From NCBI GenBank assembly GCA_002269645.1, contig NIVC01001584.1:62001-126000 (forward strand): a stretch of DNA of 64,000 bases, read 5' to 3'. Source of the stretch: Macrostomum lignano (Eukaryota). The notes below the pieces were generated by a model. That model had not been told where the DNA came from. It saw nothing but the letters and a program-made list of their open reading frames with translations, and made no database searches. A program made the translations under genes and the position numbers. Below, piece after piece: positions 1-14,703 of the stretch; position 1 is the first letter of the stretch, and each line of letters opens with the position of its first letter.

Positions 1-287
1 TCATGCCAACCATTATTAACCTTCACAGACTGTGAACCCGGTAAAATATGCCTGCCTGCTACACATCACACACCAACGTATAATCAGCTGGTGACCATCT
101 GAAATTTATTACAAGTCAAGCAAAATATCATCTACGATCCGAGCTGAGTACAGTGATCAACAGCATGGTTCAAGCTTTGTTGAGCAAATGCAATTTTGGA
201 AATAAAACCCATTGCGACCAGAGACATATTTTCGAAAATATGTTTCAAAAATATCGCTAAAATACTTATAATCGATGGTACATGGGT

Positions 288-632
288 TGCATCTGCCTCT
301 CCGGTGGTGAGAATGCGGAGCACTTCATCTGTGAATGCCCCGCCTTCACTCAGGACAGGCTCGACAACCTCGGCCCAAACTCGGACTTTCCGAAATCTTC
401 GAACCCGAGAATCTCTGCCAGTTCTTCCTCTACATGTACCTAAGGGCTACTGGGCGAGCGACCATCCACCTTCTGGACTCACTGGATGGGGACTGCGCTG
501 CGGACGCAGGTACCACCGGCTCTACCGGAGCACAATAGCTGCCAGTGGCTATGGGAACGAGCCTGTCCCCGCTGTATCCGGATGCCCAGAGCCCCTTGTT
601 GCTGAGTCTGTAGCTGAGTCTGAGTCTGAGTA
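288..632 (+). mobile_element. 5'-truncated 3' end of an I/LOA-group LINE (C-terminal CCHC zinc knuckle)
   Basis: Translates as [31 protein letters not shown], then after a frameshift [15 protein letters not shown]. This parallels the C-terminus of the LINE at 23309-26427 (CPFCNLENEDAKHFVCYCPALKRDRLNHLGPN..PENIPRLIRFLRATKRA). Ends in a short (CTGAGT)n tail near 600-632. Confidence 0.7.
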
Positions 633-738
633 TGTATATTTTTATATTTTACAGCTTATTATAACAATGAAAGCATGAGCAAATGAAATATTAGAGGGTA
701 GACAGAATCGCACGCAAGAGAGACTTTCGTATGCCGGT

Positions 739-1961
739 ATGACCATGGCAGGTAAATTTATCCAATTAGCTAATGGCAAGGGAAGAGAGAGCTGCTTCTG
801 CAGTGCCTCACTCATAGTATGGATTTTTAGTATATAGGATTACTGAGGAATTTCTAACAGAGCTGCCATAAACACCCTCTCTATCGGTATCCCTACAAAA
901 TTGCATGCTCAGAAGGGCTGTAGTTACGAGCTAAAATATTTAAAGTTTAGGATTGCAATCATTCTCATAATATAAATTGCTCTCAATATTGCTACAGACT
1001 AAACTAGGCCATCTAGACCATCTAGGCAAAAAGCAAGAACTATCTAGAAGTTCTAGAAGTAGAAGTTCTAGAAGTTCTAATCTAGAAGTTCATCAAAACA
1101 ACGCGCAGGAAATTACTAGTAAGCTGACTGGCAACGCTGTATCTAACCATGATTTTTTGCAAATAAAAAACCGAAATCACTACCTAATCCTGAACTTCAT
1201 TTCCAGTGCTTGGGCTGCTTGCTCTCATGCTGCTAGCAGCTGTCGGGAGCGTCAATTCCCAGGACCTAGGCTTCGGCTTTGCTCTGAAGTACATCCGCAT
1301 GTGCCTGAAGCCGGAGTTCACTCGCGAGCTGGCCACGGACAATGGAACCGCTGAGTTCGTGTGCGCCTCAGCGTGCGCTAGGCTGGGCCCGAGCTGCCAG
1401 GGATTCCAGCTGACTGCAGGAGGCGCCAAGTGCCGGGCCCTCGTGTTCGACAAGTGCAGTCCGAGCCAGCTGGTCCGCACCGACTGCAGCGACTTCGCCT
1501 GGACCTTCGTTCGCAACCAGCCGGGTCTGCCGGACGGCCAGCTGTGCCCCGACGGCTTCGGCAGTGGCTACTTCGGCTCCACCTACAAGGTGGTGAGCGC
1601 CGCTAGCTGGACTGCCGGTCGCACAGCATGCGAGGCGATGCCCGGACTCACCAAATATGCCGACGCCTTGGAGAGAAACGAGACGGCCCATTTCCACTGG
1701 ATCAAGACCAACGTGAACTCTGGCAAAAGCTTCTTCATCGGCGGATACCGGCCTGGAAGTGCTGTCGGCGATCCGTGGTTCTGGCTGGACTGCAACTTGG
1801 GCCTCCTGCCCGAAGTCTGGGGACCCGGACAGCCGAACGCAGGCGTCTCCGCCAACCGATTGGACATCTGGTCGACTCACTCGGCCGGAGTGGAAGATTT
1901 GACTGATGTCAACGCTGGAGTCACCATGGCGATGTGCGAGTGCATCGATCCGTTCGCCTGA
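739..1961 (+). CDS. Secreted PAN/apple + C-type lectin-like domain protein; predicted join(739..751,1207..1961)
   Basis: The ORF-track GTG start at 1206 overlaps a splice acceptor (ttccAG|TG). An upstream mini-exon ATG ACC ATG GCA G|gtaaat at 739-751 supplies the matching phase-1 base, giving MTMAVLGLLALMLLAAVGSVNS (signal peptide). PAN-type Cys pattern CASAC..SCQGFQL..CRAL. CTLD hallmarks WTAGRTACEA, FFIGG, WFW, WGPGQPN and terminal AMCE. Confidence 0.8.
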
Positions 1962-2314
1962 CATTTACCGATATGTAATTCTACTATCGAGTTTCCATTT
2001 GACCGAAACATATGCTGTTTGAACAATTCTAATGTCCCATTCACCGCGGAAATGTAAACTTCTGATGAAAGAGTAACTAATCTAAAAGAATATTCACGAT
2101 CGAGACCCTAAACTAGAAAGGCCAGGAGATGCTGTGACACAAAAAACACTTTTCAGAGGCACTAAGGGTATATCTATCGTTATTCTTTTAACTTTGTAGA
2201 TATTCTCTATATGTTAGACTTTCCGTTACGAGCTCGTGGTCAAATGTGACTGTCGAATTTAGCAAATTTACATTCAGACATCTCATTTTTACTATATAGG
2301 AAATTGGAAACTTC

Positions 2315-2357
<43 letters not shown>

Positions 2358-2961
2358 GCCAGTCTTTCTGTTTTTCTATTAACTAGCATTTTACGCAGAT
2401 GCATCACTCATCTTTCTGCATCCTACGAGTGTGTGGGCAATTCAAAATGTCGATATACTCGCATGCAGCCTCTGTGATTAATAATTCATGCTGCATTGCA
2501 TCTGTTATGGCTCTTTTTAGCAAACAAGCTAGTAGACAAGCAGGCTGACGCAGCAGATACAGCTGTCTTTTTCAACCCCCCCTGCAACCGTGGGCAAATC
2601 CATCCACTATATTAAAATGAGTTGTCTCTCTAATGAGTTTATCTAACTATCGAGAGTTTCCATTCTATTTTTTTAGAATGGGTAGAACTGCTGTGAGCGC
2701 TGCTGTGTTGGACGATGTCGCCAAAGGCGTTGCTTCAGGATGCCCGCAGCCCCTTCCTGCTATTTTTTGTTATGAAGCCCAAAAATGCAAATAGCTTGAT
2801 GGCTCGACTAGAATATGTATTCTGGAGTTTGCTAACCAGCAAATGCAAGCAATACCGCTCTGCCTGATAATTTTGCCAAAATATTTCATCATTGCTACTT
2901 TGACGCTGGTGCTGTGTAATTTGTTTGGAATTTATTCGGAATTTGTTCGGAGTCGAATGCG

Positions 2962-3415
<454 letters not shown>

Positions 3416-3625
3416 GTAAACATCAACATTCTAATGTCACTAGCAGGTAGATCGAGATCTGATTGTTGTTTTGAGTTTTACGAGACCAAAGTTTAACAGA
3501 ATTAATATTTTTGTAAAGGTTGCTGAGCACCCTTCGGTGACATCGTGTCCCATAACCTGAGCACATGCAAGCGCGCAAATACTGTACGCAGGTACGCACT
3601 CATGCACACGCTCACACAGGATCCT

Positions 3626-4668
3626 CGAGGGGTGATCAAAAAGTTCTGCAAGTGACCTCACAACTCAGTGTTACAGCAGCCATGGCGTCTATCCAATGTC
3701 CCATTCCCACAAAGTACTTTCCATCACCATCTATGCACCTTCGCATGCGTCTGGACCACGTCTAAAAGCAGTCATGGTACTCCGAAATTGGAATATCCTG
3801 TAGAGCTGAATGTACCACTTGGGCAAGGTTTTGTATGCGTGAAAATGGATTTGATCCTCGGAACAGCCTGGTGCTAGGTCTGGAGAGTAGGGTGGATGGG
3901 GCAGCAGCCGGACCCCCTGCTGCTCCAGGCACGCCATGGTTGAGGCCGCTCTGTGCGGTGCCGCAGTCATGGTGCAGCAGGAGTCAAGGTCCATGCCTGG
4001 TTCGCGCACGTTCCTGCCGCTCCTGCAGCACGCCTGGCAGAACAGTGTCTGTGTAGTACCTGACAGTCACTGCGGCACCCGCTGGAAGGATGTTCACCGA
4101 TACAACACCCTGAGAGTTAGAAAAAAATGGTGAACATCCGCTTCTGTCTGCGGAATCCGGTCTTCAGCATCTCGGGCCTAGGCTCATTTTCTGCCAGCCA
4201 GACCATGCTAGACTGCTTATCTTTCATGGTAAAGAAGGGGATCCAACATTCGTCTCCTGTGATGACATCCGACAGTCGTCGTGGGCCGTGGGGCTCAAAC
4301 ATTTGCAGCCACAAGCGACAGATGCGCACCCTCTCTGCTTGCTGCTCCGGGGTGAGAAAATGGGGTACCCACCGAGCGCAGGTCTTTGTGCGGCCCAGTT
4401 GCTCATGCATGATGTTATGAGCACTTCCATAGCTGACACCAAGCTCATAGGCAAGGAATCTCAGCGTAACGCTCCAATCCTCACGAATTATTGCATCGAC
4501 ACGGGCCACAACATCTTCGGTCACGGATGTCCGGGGTCGGCCAGACCTCGGTTTATCGTTAAAACTGTCCCGGCCTCCCGAGAAATGGCGCAGCCAGCGG
4601 GCAACCATGTCAAATGATGGAGCAGAGTCAGCTAAAACATTCACCAGATCGGTATGAATCTCAGTCGC
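3626..4668 (-). mobile_element. Degenerate mariner (Tc1/mariner, DD34D type), copy 1, 5'-truncated
   Basis: Transposase motifs KPRSGRP, ARWVPHFLT, VITGDECW and HPPYSPDLAP. A mariner-like terminal inverted repeat (TIR), CGAGGGGTGATCAAAAAGTT, lies at 3626. Frameshifts are present, there is a 17-nt deletion near 3848, and homology to copy 2 stops at about 4668. Confidence 0.9.
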
Positions 4669-5296
4669 TCTGCTCTGAATCCCCGAGTCGTTTCATATGA
4701 CAAATAAAATAGGAAAGAAGTGACTCTTAACGACTCTAAATGACGAGATGGCACGGTACAAGTCACCAAAGAGTCGCCTAAAAGTCACTTTGAAGCGTTT
4801 TATTGTCTGCGACTGTGAAACGACTTTGGAGCGGTAGAGTCGTACTTGAGGCGTGCTAGAGTCGCTGTAGAGTCTTTAGTGCGCCACTTCTGAGACGCAC
4901 TAACCGCATTAGAAGAGTCAGAGTTACAGTTACGCCATAAACACCGAATGTAGCCCATTGAACTCTAATTGCACTCTAACAAGCCTACTGAGTTAGTAGA
5001 AAGTTAAGGACAAAAACAACGATTCTTGGACAACTTTTTAATGTTCAACAATTCCTATATCGTTGATAATACGAGCGTATGATTGCTTTTTTGTCGCAAA
5101 TTATTTTTAGTATTAAAAACACAGTCGCGTGATAATAAATCTGTTAATATTATCAACTGATATTTAACAAAAAACAAGTGTCAAGTGAAAAATGACTTTT
5201 CAGCCTTCATTTCTCTTGGAGAGTTTTTTTACTGTCTAAAGGACTTTTTGTCCCCACATGTGCTTTATATTGATTTTACTGGTTTGCATTGACTAC

Positions 5297-5901
<605 letters not shown>

Positions 5902-6515
5902 CGCCAGTCTTTCTGCTTCTCTAACTAGCATTTTACGCAGATGCATAAAATAATATCTTTCTGCATCCTACGAGTGTGTGGGCAATTCAATATGTCGATA
6001 TACTCGCATGCAGCCTCTCTGATCAATAATTCATGTTGCATTGCATCTGTTATGGCTCTTTTTAGCAGACAAGCTAGTAGACAAGCAGTCTGACGCAGCA
6101 GATACAGCTGTCTTTTTCAACCCCCCCCCCTGCAACCGTGGGCAGATCCATCCACTATATTAAAAATGAGTTGTCTCTCTACTGAGTTCTATCTAACTAT
6201 CTAGAGTGCCCATTCAATTTTTTTTTTGAATGGGTAGAACTGCTGTGAGCGCTGCTGTGTTGGACGATGTCGCCAAAGGCGTTGCTTCAGGATGCCCGCA
6301 GCCCCTTCCTGCTATTTATTTTTATGAAGCCCAAAAATGCAAATAGCTTGATGGCTTGACTAGAATATGTATTCTGGAGTTTGCTAACCAGCAAATGTAA
6401 GCAATACCGCTCTATGCCTGATAATTTTGCCAAAATATTTCATCATTGCTACTTTGACGCTGGTGCTGTGTAATTTGTTTGGAATTTATTCGGAATTTGT
6501 TCGGAGTCGAATGCA

Positions 6516-7485
<970 letters not shown>

Positions 7486-7695
7486 GTAAACATCAACATT
7501 CTAATGTCACTAGCAGGTAGATCGAGATCTGATTGTTGTTTTGACTTTTACGAGACCAAAGTTTAACAGAATTAATATTTTTGTAAAGGTTGCTGAGCAC
7601 CCTTCGGTGACATCGCGTCCCATAACCTGAGCACATGCAAGCGCGCCAATACTGTACGCAGGCACGCACTCATGCACACGCTCACACAGGATCCT

Positions 7696-8818
7696 CGAGG
7701 GGTGATCAAAAAGTTCTGCAAGTGACCTCACAACTCAGTGTTACAGCAGTCGAGGCGCCTAATCAGTGTCACATTCCCTCAAAGAACTTTCCGCCACCAT
7801 CTATGCACCTTCGCATGCGTCTGGACTACGTCTGAAAGCAGTCATGGTACTCCGAAGTTGGTACACCCTGTAGAGCTGAATGTACCACTTGGGCAAGGTT
7901 TTGAATGCGTGAAAATGGCCTCCCACAAATGACGGATTTGATCCTCGGGAACAGCCTGGTGCTAGGTCTGGAGAGTAGGGTGGATGGGGCAGCAGCCGGA
8001 CCCCCTGCTTCTCCAGGCACGCCATGGTTGAGGCCGCTCTGTGCGGTGCCGCATTGTCATGGTGCAGCAGGAGTCGAGGTCCATGCCTGGTTCGCGCACG
8101 TTCCTGCCGCTCCTGCAGCACGCCTGGCAGAACAGTGTCTGTGTAGAACCTGACAGTCACTGCGGCACCCGCTGGAAGGATGTTCACCAATACAGCACCC
8201 TGAGAGTTGAAAAAATGGTGAACATCCGCTTCTGACTGCGGATCCGGTCTTCAGCACCTCAGGCCTTGGCTCATCTTCTGCCAGCCAGATCATGCTGGAC
8301 TGCTTATCCTTCATGGTAAAGAAGGGGATCCAACATTCGTCTCCTGTGATGACATCCGACAGTCGTTGTGGGCCGTGGGGCTCAAACATTTGCACCCACA
8401 AGCGACAGATGCGCACCCTCTCTGCTTGCTGCTCCGGGGTGAGAAAATGGGGTACCCACCGAGCGCAGGTCTTTGTGCGGCCCAGTTGCTCATGCATGAT
8501 TTTATGAGCACTTCCATAGCTGACACCAAGCTCATAGGCAAGGAATCTCAGCGTAATGCTCCAATCCTCACGAATTATTGCATCGGCATGGGCCACGACA
8601 TCTTCGGTCACGGATGTCCGGGGTCGGCCAGACCTCGGTTTATCGTTAAAACTGTCCCGGCCTCCCGAGAAATGGCGCAGCCAGCGGGCAACCGTGTCAA
8701 ATGATGGAGCAGAGTCAGCTAAAACATTCACCAGATCGGTATGAATCTCCGTTGCTCTGCAGCCAAGTTGCAAGCGCATAAAGATGTAAAAGCGAACACT
8801 GTCTTTTGGTGGTTCCAT
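7696..8818 (-). mobile_element. Degenerate mariner, copy 2; transposase pseudogene about 8818 (ATG of MEPPKD) to 7769
   Basis: HTH region (RATEIH, TVARWLRHF), WVPHFLT, VITGDECW, LLLHHDNAAPH, YSPDLAP, then LFPRIK..RRMRRCIDGGGKFFE. Frameshifts near 8245 and after YSPDLAP remove the third catalytic Asp. TIR at 7696; the second TIR was not found. Confidence 0.92.
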
Positions 8819-9150
8819 CAGGTCAATGGAGACTCTCTGTGGATATCTTACAGCAGACTTTCTGCAGACTACGAGTACATCGTTCACAAGGCTTTCACTT
8901 TTCTACATGTAGAAGTATTTAATTAAACAAAGACGGTCTAAGCAAGATTCGAATATTTTGAGAATGCAGAATATATATTTTTCGTTTGCCAAAGTTTATA
9001 TATTTGTGTAATTTACTTCAGATCGGTAAAAGCATTACAAATTTGCTTTTAAGTTGAGTAAATTGAGTTCTTTGGCAGTTTTGAATAGCACAGTTTAATT
9101 CTGAATTGCTCTTCACATCATGAGTTGCTGCATGCCGAGTTTGTCGAATC

Positions 9151-9804
9151 TCAGTTGTAGGCCTCCAACTCGCAGATGGTGAGATAGTCGTGCTGGTTGA
9201 CCACGCGAATTTTGCTGCCAAAGGCGTTACAGGTGAAGTTGGCAACGGAGAAAGGCGCAGCCAAGTTTACCTGGTTGCACTCAACTCCGTCCACCTGCAG
9301 GGAGAACTTGTTGAGCCGCTCAGGGCAGCAGCCCTGCCTGTTGTAGATGGTGACGTAGCTGATCAGCGATGGGGCAGCGAGCTGGCCCTCCCACCATTCG
9401 GGCAGGTTATTGGTGGTTTGAGTGCAGGAAATACCGGAGAAACTCTGGTTCCTGTTTCCGTCAATAGCGCGGCCGCAGTTACTTGAGTACGAGCTCTGCT
9501 CACAGCCAACAAACTGCAGTCTTTCAATCTTTCTGATGTAAAGATCGCACAGTCCGGAGCTCTGCCAGGGCTGACTGACGAAGGCAGACCAACTGAAGAG
9601 TCGGCACAGGCCCTCCAGCCAGCTGAACCCGAAGCAGTCAGCTGCCAGGGCGCATTCCATGGCGCAGCTCCGAGAGTTTCGGCTTCTGAGGACCTTCGAT
9701 GCAGCTGGGGCCACGGCGCTTTGGTGTCTTTCAATATAGGAGAGTTTTGTTGCTGTGCACAGGGCTACAGAGATTAGCAGCGATAGAATGAAGACTTGGC
9801 GCAT
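9151..9804 (-). CDS. Secreted PAN/apple + F-type lectin (fucolectin) domain protein, 217 aa, single coding exon
   Basis: Signal peptide MRQVFILSLLISVALCTA. PAN pattern CAMECALAADCFGFSWLEGLCRLF. F-type lectin hallmarks AIDGN, SCTQT, PEWW, VTIYNRQGCCPERL and LTICELEAY. Confidence 0.88.
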   Translation of the reverse strand: MRQVFILSLLISVALCTATKLSYIERHQSAVAPAASKVLRSRNSRSCAMECALAADCFGFSWLEGLCRLFSWSAFVSQPWQSSGLCDLYIRKIERLQFVGCEQSSYSSNCGRAIDGNRNQSFSGISCTQTTNNLPEWWEGQLAAPSLISYVTIYNRQGCCPERLNKFSLQVDGVECNQVNLAAPFSVANFTCNAFGSKIRVVNQHDYLTICELEAYN

Positions 9805-9956
9805 TCTCGATGCACTGTAAAGGTTGGATGCTCGGAGGCATGCATCATGGCGAGCACTTAGGTGTAGTTCTGAGTTATAAACAATTTGAAAGCATTTTTT
9901 ATTTGTTTTTACAGTTTACCAATAAGAAAGCTACTGTATTCAGGCGATAGAATCAT

Positions 9957-10060
9957 AGATCCTAGATCCCAGATCCTAGATCCCAGATCCTAGATCCCAG
10001 ATCCTAGATCCCAGATCCTAGATCCCAGATCCTAGATCCCAGATCCTAGATCCCAGATCC
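9957..10060. repeat. 14-bp minisatellite (AGATCCTAGATCCC), about 7 copies
   Basis: Visible directly. Confidence 0.95.
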
Positions 10061-11057
10061 CTGCAGACCTACTTGAACTTGAGCTGTTAAAAGGTTATTT
10101 TGCAAATTATGCACACTTTCTATATGTCTCGTATATTCTAGTAGATATTAGAAATTGTAGGTAGGAGTACATATACAAAGCAGTGGCAGTTTAAGACAAA
10201 AATGATTGACAGCTTTTATTGGAATTTCTGTGATGTGCCATTATCAACTAGTAAGAAAAAATCTAACAAATTTCATAGTTTTGGTAATCTATCGTAAGTT
10301 TATTTTTTATTTGCTTAAATATACCTTTTAAAAGCTTTTTAATGTTACTATTACATTTAAACTTACTCAAAAGATTTGATGTATTCTCGGGAAGTCTGTA
10401 TCTGCAGAATTTCATGCAATTAAAATCGTCGACTTTAATTCAGTCTAGAAATATGTCGTAAAAAACGTCAACCAAAGGCAACAATTTACATGTACTACTT
10501 CCACAACAGCTAAAAATAAACCTCTCAGTGGTAAGGCCTCCAGCATTTTATCCTTGCCCATGGGCATTTTATCCTAGTGATAGCGATAGCGATTGCAATT
10601 GCAATGCTCCGAGTCTCTGCTGATACTCGCGGCTATAGTGTACCTAATGAACTGGTTCAGCAGCAGCAAGAGCGCCTTGTGCAGAGCTGATCGGTGAGCG
10701 GTCAAAGTGCCAACATGAGCACGAACTTGAGCATTGATCGAAGAAGCCACTGATCAATACACATCCACTCATTCTGTTCAAAGATGTCCCCGATCCTGAG
10801 AAGATTTTTATATCTGCTATAACCTATACGAGGATATTTTCCTAAGAGGACTCGTGTTGGTTCTACTTAAGCTTGTAGTCCTTTGATATTATCTATTTAA
10901 TAAAATAATATTCATTCAAGAATTGTATCTAAGCTTCAAAAAAAACCAGCCAAGGCTTCAACGATGCAAAGATTCCGCATAATCCGCCATTCTAGGGTAG
11001 TGCACGAGAATAATTGCGAGTGCATTTAAAGAATCGAGATGAGCGTGTAATACGTCC

Positions 11058-11898
11058 CTAGACATCACACTCATTCGCAGACTATTTGACGCGCTTGTTA
11101 CCCCCGTTATCACTTACGGTTGTGAGCTCTGGGGCCCTCTGGCTACCATGTCTGATACAAAAGCTATTGATAATATTCAGCTGAAATTCTACAAATATCT
11201 CCTCAATCTACCAAAATTTGCTAGCAACAGTGTGATATCATCAGAACTTGAGCTTACTCCAATCTCTCAACGAATCGCTGAAACCTACCTCATCTACTGG
11301 CTGAAGATTAGACACAAAAAACTCTGCCAAACGACTCTAGAAATTTTCTACTCAAGCACCGGCCAAAAAAAATCCATGGAAAATGAATGTACTAAAGAAA
11401 CTAGAAAGTATAGACCTAAAAGCACTAACTGAAGATAAACTTTCCCAAAGCTTTAATAACGAGAAATACCTAGTGAAAAAGCACCTCAAGATACACAGAG
11501 AAAGAGAACTTAGCCAAAAGCTAGAGAATCAGCAACATATTAAACTCTACAAAAACGCCTATCTCTACAAAAAAATCTGCAGGCCCGACCTTTCAGATTA
11601 CTTTCCATGTACATTTAGAAACAAAAAATTGTTAACAACCCTCCTAAAACTGAAATGCGAGATTACACCCAACTTTTTTTCTCAAGAACCATGTAAAATG
11701 TGTGGAGCGCGAAATGGTTCTGACATTCTACACTACTTGACTGAATGTCCACAAACTGAAGAGATCAGGAAAAAATACTTCTGTCAATACCTCTTAAATA
11801 GCAATCAAATACACAAGATAGGATATGCTACAAATGAAAAAAGAGTCAGAAAAGAACTCACTGGTGTAGCTAAAATATATGAAGTCATGAATAGCTAA
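11058..11898 (+). mobile_element. 5'-truncated non-LTR retrotransposon ORF2 C-terminal fragment
   Basis: In frame upstream of the ATG at 11148: LFDALVTPVITYGCELWG (post-RT thumb motif), then IQLKFYKYLLNLP..SEL and LIYWLKI. After a frameshift near 11390-11430 comes a CCHC knuckle, CKMCGARNGSDILHYLTEC. Confidence 0.8.
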
Positions 11899-12091
11899 AA
11901 CAGTTAAACAAACTGAATCAGATACATTAGCAGTGTAACAAATCCGCTTTTCAGTTGTTTATTCATTTACTGTCTTTTTTAATTCCCTATTTAAATCGTC
12001 GTTATTCGTTAAACGTAAAGTTCTTTCGAAGTATTGTTTATGTTCGTTTTTTCACGCTTTGAAATATCACGCGCTTTCAAAAATACTACAT

Positions 12092-13249
12092 TGTGGCGGC
12101 CAGACTACGCGACCGGCAGCACCAGTGCAGCCGCACTGGAAACCCCCCCCCCGCCTCTGTCTAGCTGAGGTGGGGTGGGTGCGCGCCATGCTAGCCGGCT
12201 CGCTAAGCCGGGGGGGTCGGCGTAGCCTATCACGCCACGCCACCTTTTCGCACCTCCCTAGGCCCCTCAATCTCGCGCAGTCTGTGTACATATAAATATA
12301 CACGCAATGCAGCACAAAACTCTTCGCTGCCATTCCATCTATTGAAACAAAAAGGCCTTCCGCCTCATTGGTGAGCCCGACTCCCAGCGCGGAACGCTGG
12401 GCCTACCTGGTCGGCCCTGTGCGGTCCTGGCAGCCAACCGCCTTGGCCGACTGCAACGGCAGCACCGCAGCACAGCAGCACCGCAGCACCGCAGCACCGC
12501 AGCACAGCAGCACCGCAGCCCAGCAGCACCGCAGCCCAGCAGCACCGCAGCCCAGCAGCACGAATCGGCCCAGTCAGCCCGCCCCCCGGTAGCTCCTGGG
12601 GTCTCGCCTTTCGGCCCCCGCGTTGGACCAACCAGCGCCACACGCTGCAGCTACTTCTAGGTTAGCACCGCTGCTGCTAGCCTAACGTCCCCAGCCTCTG
12701 TGCAGGAGCATCGATCCGGCTCACGGCGGCAACTGACTGTCGATTGCCTCTGGTGTGGTCCGGCCGCGCGCCCCTGCTGCCTTCGGCGCCCACCTGGCGC
12801 CCTGCTGCCATCGGCGCCCACCTGGCGCCCTGCTGCCATCGGCGCCCGCCTGGCGCCCTGCTGCCTTCGGCGCCAGCCTCGCGCCCCCGCCGCCTTCGGC
12901 GCCCGCTCCTCCGCGCTCTCGCTGCCTCGGCTACCACCCGACGTTCGGGGCCTAGCTCGGTGCTGGGGGGAGCTGTGTGGCGGCCAGACTACGCGACCGG
13001 CAGCACCAGTGCAGCCGCACTGGAAACCCCCCCCGCCTCTGTCTAGCTGAGGTGGGGTGGGTGCGCGCCATGCTAGCCGGCTCGCTAAGCCGGGGGGGTC
13101 GGCGTAGCCTATCACGCCACGCCACCTTTTCGCACCTCCCTAGGCCCCTCAATCTCGCGCAGTCTGTGTACATATAAATATACACGCAATGCAGCACAAA
13201 ACTCTTCGCTGCCATTCCATCTATTGAAACAAAAAGGCCTTCCGCCTCA
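12092..13249 (+). mobile_element. Complete non-autonomous LTR element (TRIM), 1158 bp
   Basis: LTRs at 12092-12367 and 12976-13249, both TG...CA, with only a 2-nt poly-C length difference seen by eye. 4-bp TSD ACAT at 12088-12091 and 13250-13253. PBS TGGTGAGCCCGAC at 12369. PPT GGGGGGAG at 12965-12972. About 610 bp of non-coding interior. Confidence 0.92.
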
Positions 13250-14703
13250 ACATCTTTTTTTACAAACTCGCTTACCAAAGTAATCTCGCAATTAAAGCTA
13301 TACCTCGTAATTTGTACTCATTTTTGTATTAATATTTATACTCGTTGTTAGTTGTTAGTCGTCACTTTTCGTCCAAAAATACCGTAAAAATTCTGGCGCG
13401 CTTTCAAATACTTTATCTTTTACAATAACTCTAACTCTTACTACTACTAACTCGCGGCAAATCGTCTTTATAAACTTCTATTTCGAAAACTTTTCCAAAT
13501 ACATAGCTCTATAATATATTGGCCAAACAGGCTAATTGCCTGAGCCAAATTCTCTTACTACTACTACTACTACTACTAATTCTGTCCCACCCTTGGTACA
13601 CTGTCTTTCCTAACCCTTGTGTGCCGTCCTCTTTCATACCCTGTGCATTTGAGTCAAATCAAGCAAACTGCGGTTTTTTTATCATGCCGGATTAATTATT
13701 GTCAGAAGCTTCTGAAATATAAAAACAAATTTTTATATGTAAGTATTAACAACTAGTAAAAAATTTACTATAAAAAGCATAGATAATTGCTATGCAAAAT
13801 TGTCTTAATATACGAGAGGCGTGATTAGGCATCTATTTTTTTAACTTAGCTAGTCGTTGGATCAAAGATTTTAAACTGTAAGTTTTCCAAGAAGACGTAC
13901 TAAATAAATCATGCCTGTACCACACGTACTAGTAATAGTAATGTCCTCGTCAATGCTGTCTTCATTTCATAGTAAATATTAATAATAGCAATAGTGATAG
14001 TTAAAATTGCAGTTTCCCTAAAACTTTTAGTAGAACCAAGATAATTAAAATTGTGCCTAATCTTTATCAGCTTAATTTGGCCTAAAGTTAACATGAAACC
14101 TAATAAATATATTACCTTTTGAAAGACTTTGAACTAGAATAACATACATTTCAATAGTTGACCCTTGTAAATCATGTGGATTTCTAAGTATAGGCATAAA
14201 CTGAATCTAAATTATTTTAATTCATTCAGAAATCTCAATATTTACAGTTCAAGTAGGATTAATGTTTTAAAATTATTTGTTTTCAAGTCATATATAACTA
14301 TGACTACAAGTTTTATAATATTTTAGCCTTCATTATGCTTTTAAATCTAAGAATAAGATAGACTTTATCTGTGTTACAAATATGAATGACAACCATAAAT
14401 TATTTTAATAATATCTTGATTCTTGATTACATAGGCCTATTTTTATGACACTAGTAATAAATATTTTATTTCTTAGTTGTTATAAAGAATTCAATTTTAA
14501 GATATTCTCCTAAATGTTATAATAATAATAATAATAAATTACTATGTTAGACAATAATAATATTAGTTTAACTTTAATATAAGCTCTAGTATAGTAGCTT
14601 GCTTAATAGATAAGAATAGAATGAATGAGAGAACAAATATTAACTTGTTTTTATTTTCTTTTATTTTATGGCCAATGCATTTTGACCCTTATAGATATAG
14701 GTC

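Noticed and set aside
12059-13278. Cluster of GC-rich ORFs of 60-150 aa
   Set aside because: They lie inside the TRIM LTRs and interior, show no gag or pol motifs, and are duplicated because the LTRs are.
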